Shown piece after piece: positions 36,213-46,091 of a DNA stretch of 64,000 nt. The notes under the pieces are model-generated. The model saw nothing but the letters and a program-made list of their open reading frames with translations, made no database searches and was not told the DNA's origin. The position numbers and the translations under genes were made by a program. This DNA comes from Candidatus Dadabacteria bacterium (GTDB lineage Bacteria > Desulfobacterota_D > UBA1144 > Nemesobacterales > Nemesobacteraceae). Every line of letters begins with the position of its first letter. Position 1 is the stretch's first letter. The stretch spans positions 393,976 through 457,975 of the forward strand of contig CATOTB010000001.1 in assembly GCA_951812945.1 (NCBI GenBank). The letters run 5' to 3'.

Positions 36213-38828
36213 GTGAGAAAACCTGAAACCACAGAAAAGGATCTTCTGACTTTTTTTACCGATTCCTACGAACATATACGCAGGCGCCATTACGCGAGGA
36301 CCAGGAAAAACAAGGCCCTCATAGGCTATGAACTTGCGCGGGAGAGAACCACAGTTGTAGACAGTTTCATCAAGCAGGCTCTTTCACAGTACGGTTACCC
36401 GGAACTTAAAGGCATCTCCATAGTGGCTCTCGGGGGCTACGGCAGGGAGGAGCTTTCCCCATACTCTGACATAGACCTTCTTTTTCTTCATAAGAAAGGC
36501 TCAAAGGGCCTTGCCGAAGAGATAATCGAGCAGCTTCTTTATCTTCTCTGGGACACAAAGATGGATATAGGAAACTGCACGAGAAGCGTTGAGGAGTGCA
36601 GGGAACTCTCAATGGACAGAAACGACGTCACCATCCTGAGTTCGCTTCTTGACTCGAGGTTTATATGCGGGGACAGGGCTCTTTACGACGAGCTCGAAAA
36701 CGAAATCTACGGCGAGGTGCTCCCCAAGATTTCACACGATTTCATAAGGAGAAAGATAGACGAGAGGGACAGCAGGGGGGAGAGATACGGAAAGACCCTA
36801 TACATCCTCGAGCCTAATGTTAAGGAGGGAAGGGGAGGGCTAAGGGAATTCCAGACGGCGATGTGGATAGCCCAGGCGAACTACAAGGCCAAGAGTTTCG
36901 AGGAAGTGCTCCAGAGGGGTTTCGTTTCGGAAAAAGAATACAGGGTGATGCGAAAATGCCTCAACTTCCTTCTGCTGGTGCGCGCGCAGCTGCATTACCA
37001 GGCGAAAAAAAGAGAGGACAACCTGAGCTTCGAATTTCAGTCTCAGGCGGCAAAATCCTTCGGCTACAGGGACGGAAAGCTCCGCGCGGTGGAGAAGTTC
37101 ATGAGGATCTACTACCTGCGCGCCGCCGTGGTGGTGCAGCAGTCCCGCAGGCTGACGGAAAAATGCACGAGGGCCTACACGCGGAGAAGGCTTACCAGAA
37201 AAGCCGTTCATCTTGACCACGGGTTTACGATACAGGGCAAGTATCTCACCGTGACGAGCAGAAATGTTTTCAGCGAGGATTTCTGCAATTTCCTTCGCGC
37301 GTTTGAGTACGCGGACCGCTACTCGGTCGAATTCAGCGAATATCTTGAAATTCTCATGAGCGAGCAGGTCTTCCGTGTAGATGAAAAGGTCAGAAACGAC
37401 CCGGAGTTCAACAGGATATTCATGAGGCTTCTGCGTTTCGGAAAAGATGTTTCGAAAATGCTGCTCAAGATGAACGAGATACGCCTTCTGGGCCGCTTGA
37501 TACCGGAGTTCGGAAAAATAGTCTGCATGGTGCAGTTCGATTCCTATCATGTCTACACGGTCGACATACACTCCATATTCATGGTCAGGGAAATAGAAAG
37601 GCTTATAAACTACGAATACGAAAAGAAATTCCGTTTTCTCACCAAGGTCGCCGAGAGTCTGGTAAAAAAGCATGTTCTTTTCCTTGCGTGTCTTTTCCAC
37701 GACATGGGGAAGGGCCAGGGGGGAAGCCATGCGCAGAAAGGGGCCGCCATGATCCCGAAGGTAGCGGCGAGGCTGGGTCTTGGCGCATCCGACACAGAGC
37801 AGCTCGAATTTCTGGTGAGACATCACTTGGCCATGGTTCACTTTTCCCAGAGAAGGGATCTTGAAGACCCGGTCGTTCTGAAACGGCTGGCCAAGTCCAT
37901 TCCCAACGAAGAAACACTCTCTCTTCTCTACCTGCTGACTTTCGCGGACATAAGATCGGTCGGTCCCGACGTGTGGAAAGACTGGACGGGAATGCTGCTC
38001 CAAGAACTCTACATAAAGACTCTTCGGCAGATGTCGGCGGGCACGTACCGGCGTAAAACCGACGAGGAATGGAGGGAGAAGATGACCTCGGACATAGTGG
38101 CCGACGCCGAAGGTGAGATTCCCGAGCGGAAGGTGAAAAAAATACTGAAGAAAATGCCGGTTTCCTACTTCGGCCAGTTCTCGAGGCAGAACATCTTCCG
38201 CCACGTCAAGCTCCTGGATTCCATGGAGAAAAAGTTTGCAACGGAGGTGATCCGCTACGAGGAATATGACGAGTTTACGGTCTGTGCCCCCGACAAGAAA
38301 GGAATATTCTCCGTTTTCTGCGGGATACTGAGCGCAAACGGACTCAATATCTTGGGGGCAAGAATTGTAACCACGCTCGACAAGAAGGCATTCGACGTCC
38401 TCTATGTGGACAGGACCGATCACCTGATCGAAGAGGAGTATGGCGAGGTGTGGAAAAAGGTCGAGAAAAACCTCGAGGGGGTGCTTGACGGAGATGTGGA
38501 TGTTGACGAGCTGGTTGAGAGGAGGAAGAAGAACTATTCCTCCTATGGAAGAAAGATTCCCGGATATCCTCCGGAAATCGTGTTTGACAACGAGTCTTCC
38601 GACAAGGCGACCGTGATGGAGATCTACGCCCACGACCGAGAAGGGCTTCTCTACAGCATCACGAAAGCAATTGCCGAGCTGGGTCTTTCGATTGACTACG
38701 CCAAGATCTCGACCAGAGCGGATCAGGTCGCGGATACATTTTACGTGCGTGATTCGAGGGGACGCAAGATAAGCAGTGTAAAGAAACTCGCAAAGATAGA
38801 GGATTTCCTGATATCCGCGGTGAGTTAG
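36213..38828 (+). CDS. glnD: [Protein-PII] uridylyltransferase / uridylyl-removing enzyme GlnD
   Basis: Nucleotidyltransferase motif ALGGYGREELSPYSDIDLLF; HD domain (FHDMGKG); two C-terminal ACT domains; 871 aa. Confidence 0.85.
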   Translation: MRKPETTEKDLLTFFTDSYEHIRRRHYARTRKNKALIGYELARERTTVVDSFIKQALSQYGYPELKGISIVALGGYGREELSPYSDIDLLFLHKKGSKGLAEEIIEQLLYLLWDTKMDIGNCTRSVEECRELSMDRNDVTILSSLLDSRFICGDRALYDELENEIYGEVLPKISHDFIRRKIDERDSRGERYGKTLYILEPNVKEGRGGLREFQTAMWIAQANYKAKSFEEVLQRGFVSEKEYRVMRKCLNFLLLVRAQLHYQAKKREDNLSFEFQSQAAKSFGYRDGKLRAVEKFMRIYYLRAAVVVQQSRRLTEKCTRAYTRRRLTRKAVHLDHGFTIQGKYLTVTSRNVFSEDFCNFLRAFEYADRYSVEFSEYLEILMSEQVFRVDEKVRNDPEFNRIFMRLLRFGKDVSKMLLKMNEIRLLGRLIPEFGKIVCMVQFDSYHVYTVDIHSIFMVREIERLINYEYEKKFRFLTKVAESLVKKHVLFLACLFHDMGKGQGGSHAQKGAAMIPKVAARLGLGASDTEQLEFLVRHHLAMVHFSQRRDLEDPVVLKRLAKSIPNEETLSLLYLLTFADIRSVGPDVWKDWTGMLLQELYIKTLRQMSAGTYRRKTDEEWREKMTSDIVADAEGEIPERKVKKILKKMPVSYFGQFSRQNIFRHVKLLDSMEKKFATEVIRYEEYDEFTVCAPDKKGIFSVFCGILSANGLNILGARIVTTLDKKAFDVLYVDRTDHLIEEEYGEVWKKVEKNLEGVLDGDVDVDELVERRKKNYSSYGRKIPGYPPEIVFDNESSDKATVMEIYAHDREGLLYSITKAIAELGLSIDYAKISTRADQVADTFYVRDSRGRKISSVKKLAKIEDFLISAVS

Positions 38829-38846
38829 AGAGAGAAGGCGGTTTTA

Positions 38847-40427
38847 ATGAGCGGAAAAATTATTGACGTTGAGTGCGATTTTCTCGTTGTGGGCGGGGGG
38901 CTTGCAGGTCTTTACGCCGCCGTGTGCGCGTCGTCTCTTGGCCGGTGCGTGGTGGTGACCAAGCAGACATTGGTACAGAGCAACTCATACTGGGCTCAGG
39001 GGGGAATTGCAGCAGCCGTCGACCCCGAGGATTCACCCGTTTTTCACAAGGAGGACACTATTGTCGCAGGAAGAGGACTTTGTGACGCCCGCGCCGTGCA
39101 GGTTCTGGTTGAGGAAGGGAGGGAGAGGGTCACGGACCTTATAAATCTCGGAATGAAGTTCGATTCCGACGACAGCGGTCTTCTGCTTGGCCTTGAAGGC
39201 GGTCACTCGAAAAGAAGGGTTCTTCACGCGGGAGGGGATGCCACGGGAAAAGAAATGATTGAGTTTCTGATCTCTTATGTAAGCTCAAGCGAATCGGTAA
39301 CGATTCTTGAGCTTGTCACGGTTACCGACATAATCTCGGACGGGGAAAGATGCTACGGCGTCTGGGGTTACGACGAGGGAAGGGAAAGCTACGTGAGAAT
39401 AGCTTCTCCTTCCACCATACTTGCCACCGGGGGCGCAAGTGCCCTTTATAGAAGGACCACTAATCCGGAAGGAGCCTCAGGGGAGGGCATATCGCTTGCC
39501 TGGAGAGCCGGGGCAGAGATATCCGACATGGAGTTCGTGCAGTTCCACCCCACGGTTTTCAGCGGCAAAGAAGGCGACGCTTTTCTTCTGACCGAGGCTA
39601 TAAGGGGAGAGGGCGCTTATCTGTTAAACGCCCATGGAACGAGATTCATGGAACGCTACAGCCCCCTTCTTGAGCTTGCGCCGAGAGACGTGGTTTCAAA
39701 GGCAATTCACAGCGAGATGAGATCCTGCGGAGAAGACTATGTCTATCTCGATCTCTCCCACCTGGATCCTGAATTCGTCAGAAAAAGGTTCTCCACCATA
39801 GAGAAACTCTGCAGGGACTCGGGTTTTGATCTCACGAGGGACCGTATCCCGGTGGCTCCCGCCGCCCATTACACCATAGGGGGAGTAAGGACCGGCCTAA
39901 CAGGGGAAACCAGCATAGGGGGGCTTTATGCCTGCGGCGAGGTCTCAAACACCGGCGTGCACGGGGCCAATCGCCTTGCGAGCAATTCGCTTCTCGAGTG
40001 CATGGTGTTTGCCAAAAGATGCATCGACGGCGCGGCGGGCGGGCAGCATCTGGGTGGCATCGGCGGGGATTTCGGGGGTTTCATGCTTGCCGACACCAGG
40101 GAAGCTGACGCTGAGTTCTTCAACGAGGCTCGAGACGCAATAATCGGTGGGATGAGCACGCATCTAGGAATAGTGAGGGACCGGGAGGGAATGGAGCGAT
40201 TCGTCGCGCAGCTTGAAGAGATTTCCTCGGCGAGCGAGGGTGTTGCCGGGTGGTTCGGCTTTAAGCTTGGGACGATGCTTGATGTATGTTCACTCGTCAC
40301 GCGGGCGGCTCTTTTGAGAGAGGAGTCGCGGGGAGCCCATATGAGATCCGATTATCCGGAAGAGGGCTCGGATTATGAAAAGCATCTGGTTTTCAAGAAA
40401 GGCATAGAACCCTACGGAGACAACTGA
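38847..40427 (+). CDS. nadB: L-aspartate oxidase
   Basis: FAD-binding DFLVVGGGLAGL; succinate dehydrogenase/fumarate reductase flavoprotein fold; heads the nadBCA cluster. Confidence 0.85.
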   Translation: MSGKIIDVECDFLVVGGGLAGLYAAVCASSLGRCVVVTKQTLVQSNSYWAQGGIAAAVDPEDSPVFHKEDTIVAGRGLCDARAVQVLVEEGRERVTDLINLGMKFDSDDSGLLLGLEGGHSKRRVLHAGGDATGKEMIEFLISYVSSSESVTILELVTVTDIISDGERCYGVWGYDEGRESYVRIASPSTILATGGASALYRRTTNPEGASGEGISLAWRAGAEISDMEFVQFHPTVFSGKEGDAFLLTEAIRGEGAYLLNAHGTRFMERYSPLLELAPRDVVSKAIHSEMRSCGEDYVYLDLSHLDPEFVRKRFSTIEKLCRDSGFDLTRDRIPVAPAAHYTIGGVRTGLTGETSIGGLYACGEVSNTGVHGANRLASNSLLECMVFAKRCIDGAAGGQHLGGIGGDFGGFMLADTREADAEFFNEARDAIIGGMSTHLGIVRDREGMERFVAQLEEISSASEGVAGWFGFKLGTMLDVCSLVTRAALLREESRGAHMRSDYPEEGSDYEKHLVFKKGIEPYGDN

Positions 40428-41275
40428 TGAAAATCCGCGAAAACTACCCCCCGGAAGTAGAGGCCGTTTTGGAGCTTGCCCTTCGGGAGGATATAGGAGG
40501 TGGGGATGTTACGACCGAGAGCATAATTGCCGAAGACGCAGTTTTGACGGGAGAGATGCATGCGAAGGGGGGCGGCGTGGTCTCGGGGCTCGGGCTTTGC
40601 GGCGCGGTTTTCCGTAAGCTTGATCCGGACTGCGAGTGGGAGGAGTTGGTTTCCGACGGAGACCGGGTTTCGCCCGGAGACGTGATCGCTCGCGTTACGG
40701 GCCGAAGCAGAGCGATTCTTTCGGCGGAGCGGACCGCTCTTAACGTCCTTCAGAAAATGAGCGGCATCTCGACTCTAACTTCCCTTTTCGTCGAAGCCGC
40801 GGCGGGGTCCGGTGTCAAGATAAAGGATACGAGAAAGACCCTTCCGGGGCTCAGGTGGATCAGCAAGTACGCAGTGGCCGCTGGCGGGGGACATAACCAT
40901 CGCGCCGGGCTTTACGATGGGGTGCTCATAAAGGACAATCACATAAAAGCCGCGGGGAGCATAACTGCAGCCGTCGAAAGGGTAAGAGAAAGCGTAGGAG
41001 AAGATTTCTCAATTGAAGTCGAGACGAAAACCATGGAACAGGTAAAAGAGGCGATTTCCTGCGGCGCTGACGTCATAATGCTTGACAACATGGGCATACG
41101 GGAAATCGAGGAGGCCGTGCGCTTAATAGACCATCGAGCACTTGTCGAAGCGTCCGGCGGAGTTGCCCTTGAGAACGTAGGCGAGATAGCCCGAAGCGGG
41201 GTTGATTTCATATCTGTCGGTGCCCTAACCCACTCGGCTCCGTGTTTAGATATTTCTTTTGGTGTGTTAGACTGA
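40427..41275 (+). CDS. nadC: Nicotinate-nucleotide pyrophosphorylase (carboxylating), quinolinate phosphoribosyltransferase
   Basis: DTRKT.PGLR...KYAV..GGG.NHR.GL.D..LIKDNH; 282 aa. Confidence 0.85.
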   Translation: MKIRENYPPEVEAVLELALREDIGGGDVTTESIIAEDAVLTGEMHAKGGGVVSGLGLCGAVFRKLDPDCEWEELVSDGDRVSPGDVIARVTGRSRAILSAERTALNVLQKMSGISTLTSLFVEAAAGSGVKIKDTRKTLPGLRWISKYAVAAGGGHNHRAGLYDGVLIKDNHIKAAGSITAAVERVRESVGEDFSIEVETKTMEQVKEAISCGADVIMLDNMGIREIEEAVRLIDHRALVEASGGVALENVGEIARSGVDFISVGALTHSAPCLDISFGVLD

Positions 41276-41312
41276 AAGTTGCGGGACATATGATGGATGT
41301 CCGGCTGTTACA

Positions 41313-42266
41313 ATGGACAGTTTACGTGACGTTTCAGAAGAAATAGACAGGCTGAGAAAGGAAAAAAATGCGGTAATTCTGGCCCATAACTACCAGATAC
41401 CCGAAATCCAAGATCTTGCCGACTACACGGGAGATTCTCTGGGCCTCTCACAGAAGGCTTCTGAAACCGACGCGGAAATCATTATATTCTGCGGGGTTCA
41501 TTTCATGGCCGAAACCGCGTCCATAATTTCTCCCGACAAGAAGGTGCTTATCCCGGACCCGGAAGCCGGCTGCTCCCTTGCCGAAACCATAAACCTCGAA
41601 CAGCTCAAGAAGTGGAAATCCGAGCATCCAGACGCCCTCGTGGTTTCCTACGTGAACACTTCGGCCGCCGTTAAGTCAGAGACCGACTACTGCGTCACTT
41701 CCTCAAACGCCGTCAAGATAGTGGAATCCATTCCTAAGGACAGGGAGATACTTTTTCTGCCGGACATGTTCCTGGGCGCCTTCGTCTCCAAGGTTACGGG
41801 CAGAAAGATTCACGTCTGGCCCGGGGAATGCCACGTGCACGCGGGAATACGGCCGAAGGACATAAGGAAGATAAAAGAATCCTATCCTAACGCAGAAATG
41901 ATAGTTCACCCCGAGTGCGGATGCACCACGTCTTTTCTTCATTCTGCAGCCGGGGATGACGAACTGGCAAAGGAGATAAAGTTTTTCTCTACGGGAAAGA
42001 TGATCGACTATACCCGCAATTCCGACACTCCCGAGTTTGTGGTCGCGACTGAAACCGGAATTCTCCACACGCTCCGAAAGCAGAGCCCGGAAAAAGAGTT
42101 CTATCCCGCCAAGGCCGACGCGATCTGCGAGTACATGAAGATGATAACGGTTGATAAGGTACTGAATTCGCTGAGGGAAGAGGTGTATGAGGTCAGGGTT
42201 CCGGAGGATATTGCACGCAAGGCTAAGAAATCTATAGACAGGATGCTTTACATCTCGGCTCAATAA
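41313..42266 (+). CDS. nadA: Quinolinate synthase A
   Basis: AVILAHNYQIPEIQDLADYTGDSL; conserved Cys ligands; 317 aa. Confidence 0.85.
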   Translation: MDSLRDVSEEIDRLRKEKNAVILAHNYQIPEIQDLADYTGDSLGLSQKASETDAEIIIFCGVHFMAETASIISPDKKVLIPDPEAGCSLAETINLEQLKKWKSEHPDALVVSYVNTSAAVKSETDYCVTSSNAVKIVESIPKDREILFLPDMFLGAFVSKVTGRKIHVWPGECHVHAGIRPKDIRKIKESYPNAEMIVHPECGCTTSFLHSAAGDDELAKEIKFFSTGKMIDYTRNSDTPEFVVATETGILHTLRKQSPEKEFYPAKADAICEYMKMITVDKVLNSLREEVYEVRVPEDIARKAKKSIDRMLYISAQ

Positions 42267-42323
42267 CCGCCTGCGGGTTGCGTTTCGAATTGCCGCTTGC
42301 TTGCCGGCTGAGTCCCCCTCTTT

Positions 42324-44222
42324 CTAGAATGTTATGCGCGCTCCGAGACTGAACTCGTGGTTGAGTTCAGAGTTGTTGCCGAAGCGCCCCGAGTAGCCGA
42401 CGGAAATTTTCGTCCGGCTGCCGATGTTGGCGGTGAGGCCGCCGCCGGCGTTTACCCATTGGTTCGGCGGCTCGAAACCCGAGATAGTAAAGCGGCCGGA
42501 CATGGTGTTTGAGCCCGCGGTGACCGAAACGGGATCGTCGTTAAGCTCTCTCTCATAGGCGACGCGGAGGTATGGGAGCAACCTTTCGCTTAGACCCAGA
42601 TTTCCTTTGACTTGATAGCCCGCTCTCGCAACCAGGGAATCGCGTTCAAAGTCCGAGAAGTTCATCGAGGTGGACGTGCTGCCGTTTTCACTGTAGCCGT
42701 CGATCTTCTGATCGAGCCATCCGAGCCCTAGAAACAGATTATGTCTGTAACTCTCGGATACGCTTGGAATCCAGCCCACTTCAACATCGGTTCCGAACTG
42801 ATAAGAGCTTGTGGAACCGTGCTCCGTGCGCGACGCCGACGCGATCTGGATCGAGCGGTTGACGTCAATTGATGCTCCGCCTGCGTTAAAAGCGGCGCTC
42901 AGGTAAAAAACATCGAAAATAATGGTGCCGTGCAGCGAGCCGGTTACCACGGTGCTGTCGATGCTTGCGCCCGAGACGTCGTTATCGTGGTTCCCGAGGC
43001 TCAATGCCGCTCCCAGGTAAAGTTCATCCCCGACGCGGTAGTCGGTACCCAGGGTGAGCACATGCATTTCGGCCTTCGTTTCACCCAGATGGGACAGAGA
43101 TTTGAGATTGTATTTGCCTATCTGTCCCCTCGCGTAGCTGTGCCATTTCCCAGCCGAATTGCTAGGCCCGAGATTCAGCATCCGCTCCGTAAACACTGCG
43201 TCACGGTGTGCCCTGGCAACTTCTACTCCTCCCTCTCCCCCAAGCGATACCTGAACCGGGGCCGTGAGAGTTGAGATTACCATGCTCCCAATTGCCGCAT
43301 GAGCAGCCCCGCTTGGATGGGAGCCGTCCGCGAAAAGGTAGTTCTCACCGGCGTCGGGAGGCGACAAATAGCCGGAGTCGGTCGGGCCGCAGACTATTGA
43401 TTCCGGTTCCCCGCTGGGGCGGAAGGGGTTTGAACCGGGGACGCAGGCCGTCCCCTCGGTGTCGGTGAACCCGTACCTTTCAGGGTCTTCAATTATTTCA
43501 TCCATCAGGGCGAAGACATTTACGGGAACGATGGCGTGTTCCTGGGAGCTGAGACCCGAGTCCAGCGCTTCATTATAGACGCGAGTTAGAGAGGAGAGCC
43601 CAGCTGCGGCTTCGGCTCCGGCGCGTCGGGCGTCCGCGGTTGCCCCGAGGTCGGGCAAATTCAGCACTACCACATGGCGCGCGCCGGCATCCTGAAGGGT
43701 TCGTATCTGATCCAGGTATGCTTCGGCCGCCTCAAGAGTGCCGTCGATGGCACCTTGGGAATCGGATGGATTTTCCCCGGCGACGGCTCTTATGTCGTTT
43801 GCGCCGCCCCAGATCATGTAGAGCGTATCAGGGTCGGCGTTTTCTCCGGAGAGGTGCTGGTCAATCTGGCGTTCTGTTCTCTGCATCGGTACCGAGTTCT
43901 CTTCACACGGACCGGACGAGTTTACACAGGCGCCTCCCCAGGCGTAGTTTGTTCCGCCGGCGAGGGAATTGGTTCCCGGCGTCCCGAAAGTCTGGGCCAC
44001 GATTTCGGCCCAGACCGGATCCGGATTCGTGGTGAAGCTGGTGCCGGGCGGAACTTGGAGTCCGAAAGACTGGGCGACAGGCGTGTAGAACTCGGCGATA
44101 TTTCCGGAGTCGCTCAAGCTGTCGCCGAAGACGACGACGGAATTGAAAGTTTGTGCCCGCGCGCCGATGACAAATCCTAACAGGATCGTAACAGCAAGGA
44201 CAAGACGCATATATCGAAACAT
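42324..44222 (-). CDS. GDSL/SGNH lipase-esterase autotransporter (EstA-like)
   Basis: Signal peptide MFRYMRLVLAVTILLGFVIGARA; SGNH block I VVFGDSLSDSGN; C-terminal beta-barrel ending ...LGARITF; GAGGAGGG RBS before ATG 44222. Confidence 0.75.
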   Translation of the reverse strand: MFRYMRLVLAVTILLGFVIGARAQTFNSVVVFGDSLSDSGNIAEFYTPVAQSFGLQVPPGTSFTTNPDPVWAEIVAQTFGTPGTNSLAGGTNYAWGGACVNSSGPCEENSVPMQRTERQIDQHLSGENADPDTLYMIWGGANDIRAVAGENPSDSQGAIDGTLEAAEAYLDQIRTLQDAGARHVVVLNLPDLGATADARRAGAEAAAGLSSLTRVYNEALDSGLSSQEHAIVPVNVFALMDEIIEDPERYGFTDTEGTACVPGSNPFRPSGEPESIVCGPTDSGYLSPPDAGENYLFADGSHPSGAAHAAIGSMVISTLTAPVQVSLGGEGGVEVARAHRDAVFTERMLNLGPSNSAGKWHSYARGQIGKYNLKSLSHLGETKAEMHVLTLGTDYRVGDELYLGAALSLGNHDNDVSGASIDSTVVTGSLHGTIIFDVFYLSAAFNAGGASIDVNRSIQIASASRTEHGSTSSYQFGTDVEVGWIPSVSESYRHNLFLGLGWLDQKIDGYSENGSTSTSMNFSDFERDSLVARAGYQVKGNLGLSERLLPYLRVAYERELNDDPVSVTAGSNTMSGRFTISGFEPPNQWVNAGGGLTANIGSRTKISVGYSGRFGNNSELNHEFSLGARITF

Positions 44223-44337
44223 TAAGGGCCCTCCTCGGTATTTCGTCTTCAAGGACAATTTTACCATAAATAGCGCTCGCTGCGTGACGGTAAAAGCCGG
44301 ATTCGCGCGATTTGCTTTCCCGGGCGCAGCACGCGAA

Positions 44338-46071
44338 TCAGTACCCTTGTGCCAACCTTCCCGGGTGTCTGGAATCGGCGGCTCCGTGAAAAACTCCGTT
44401 GACTCTGGTTACGCTCTGCGTACTTCCTATCGGGCCGGTTCTTTTTACTTCGTATCCCTTTTTCTGCAGTTTGGTTCCAAGCTCTTTTCCCGCATCTTTC
44501 TCCACATACAGGATGTCGGGGAGCCACTGGTGATGTACCCTCGGTGCCGCCACGGCTTCGCGGATGCTCATTTTGTGGTCGATCACGTTCAGGATGACCT
44601 GGAGCACGGACGTTATTATCCTGCTTCCCCCGGGGCTTCCCGTCGCTAGAAAAAGTTCTTCGTCCTTCAGCACTATGGTCGGGGTCATGGAACTCAGCAT
44701 TCTCTTGCCGGGGGCGACGGAGTTTTTCTCGCCGCCGATTAGTCCGTATGCGTTTGGCGTTCCGGTTTTTGCCGAGAAATCGTCCATTTCATTGTTCAGC
44801 AGGATCCCTGTTCCCGGCACGGCGAGGCCCGAGCCGTAGGCGAAATTGAGCGTGTATGTGTTTGAAACCACGTTTCCGAACCTGTCGGCTACGGTGAAGT
44901 GAGTGGTGTCAGTGCCTCCGACGGGGATTGGTGAGCCGGGCTTTACGTATTTGCTCGGAGTCGCTTTTTGGGGATTGATGCGGTTTGTCAGGCGTTTTGC
45001 GTACTGTTTTGAGATTAACTGTTCCGTGGGAACGGGGGAGAAATCCGGATCGCCCAGATGTTTTGATCTGTCCGCATAGGCAAGCTTCATGGTTTCCGAG
45101 AGAATGTGGATGTATCGGGCGGAATTATGGCCGTATCGCGAGAGGGGGTAGCGCTCGAGAATGTTAAGCATCTGGATAAGATGGACCCCGCCCGAACTTG
45201 GAGGCGGCATCGAGTGGATGCTGTAGCCCCTGTAGCTTCCGGTCACCGGTTTTCTTATAAGAGCCTCGTAAGATGCAAGGTCCCGTTCGGTTATGAGGCC
45301 TCCTTCCTTTTTCATGTAATCCGTGATTTTTTTCGCTATCGCTCCCCTGTAAAACGCCCCGGAACCGTTTTTGCTTATCTCCTTGAGGCTCCACGCAAGA
45401 TTTTTCTGTCTGAGGATTCTTCCCTCCCGCGGCGGTTCTCCGTTGTTTTCGAAAAAAACATCCATGCCCTCGGATGATTTTTTCATCCGTTCCTTTGCTT
45501 CGAGAAGCGATTTCCTGAGTTCCGCCGAGACCGAAAATCCCTCCTCCGCGAGCTTTATTGCGGGCGCAATAACTTTTTCAAGCGGCATGGTTCCGTATTT
45601 CTCAAGCGCCAGCGAAAGACCCGCGACCGTTCCCGGAACCCCGCAGGAATAGACGCTGTGCCGCGACCGCTCGATGTCTACATTTCCGTTTTCATCAAGG
45701 AACATGCTGCGTGTGGCTTTAAGTGGGGCCTTTTCCCTGTAATCTATGGCGACGGTCCTTCCCGTTTCGCCCAGGTGAACCAGCATAAATCCGCCGCCTC
45801 CGAGATTTCCGGCCCTTGGGTAAGTAACCGCAAGCGCAAACCCCATGGCGACTGCGGCGTCGACCGCGTTTCCGCCCTCCTTGAGCACCGAAAGGCCGAC
45901 AAGAGTCGCTATCTTCTCCTCGGACACGACCATGCCGTTTCGAGAGGGCGCGGGTTTCGTAGTATCTCCGCTTGAAAAACCCGACTCTGCGCGAGCGGAA
46001 GTGGCCGCGGTGGACAGGGATAAAACGAGACAGAACGCAAAGATGTATTTAAGGATTGAGTCCGCGGGCAT
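44338..46071 (-). CDS. ggt: Gamma-glutamyltranspeptidase
   Basis: Signal peptide; autoprocessing/catalytic Thr in GGTDTTHFTVAD; 577 aa. Confidence 0.85.
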   Translation of the reverse strand: MPADSILKYIFAFCLVLSLSTAATSARAESGFSSGDTTKPAPSRNGMVVSEEKIATLVGLSVLKEGGNAVDAAVAMGFALAVTYPRAGNLGGGGFMLVHLGETGRTVAIDYREKAPLKATRSMFLDENGNVDIERSRHSVYSCGVPGTVAGLSLALEKYGTMPLEKVIAPAIKLAEEGFSVSAELRKSLLEAKERMKKSSEGMDVFFENNGEPPREGRILRQKNLAWSLKEISKNGSGAFYRGAIAKKITDYMKKEGGLITERDLASYEALIRKPVTGSYRGYSIHSMPPPSSGGVHLIQMLNILERYPLSRYGHNSARYIHILSETMKLAYADRSKHLGDPDFSPVPTEQLISKQYAKRLTNRINPQKATPSKYVKPGSPIPVGGTDTTHFTVADRFGNVVSNTYTLNFAYGSGLAVPGTGILLNNEMDDFSAKTGTPNAYGLIGGEKNSVAPGKRMLSSMTPTIVLKDEELFLATGSPGGSRIITSVLQVILNVIDHKMSIREAVAAPRVHHQWLPDILYVEKDAGKELGTKLQKKGYEVKRTGPIGSTQSVTRVNGVFHGAADSRHPGRLAQGY

Positions 46072-46091
46072 CTTGGGCGGCCGGGGAGTGT

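Noticed and set aside
36840-38633. 597-aa minus-strand ORF inside glnD
   Set aside because: It is an antisense open frame typical of GC-rich coding DNA. The sense strand encodes a complete, motif-rich GlnD.
44143-44649. 168-aa plus-strand ORF spanning the estA/ggt junction
   Set aside because: It overlaps the start of the GDSL autotransporter and the end of ggt on the opposite strand and has no motifs, so it is spurious.
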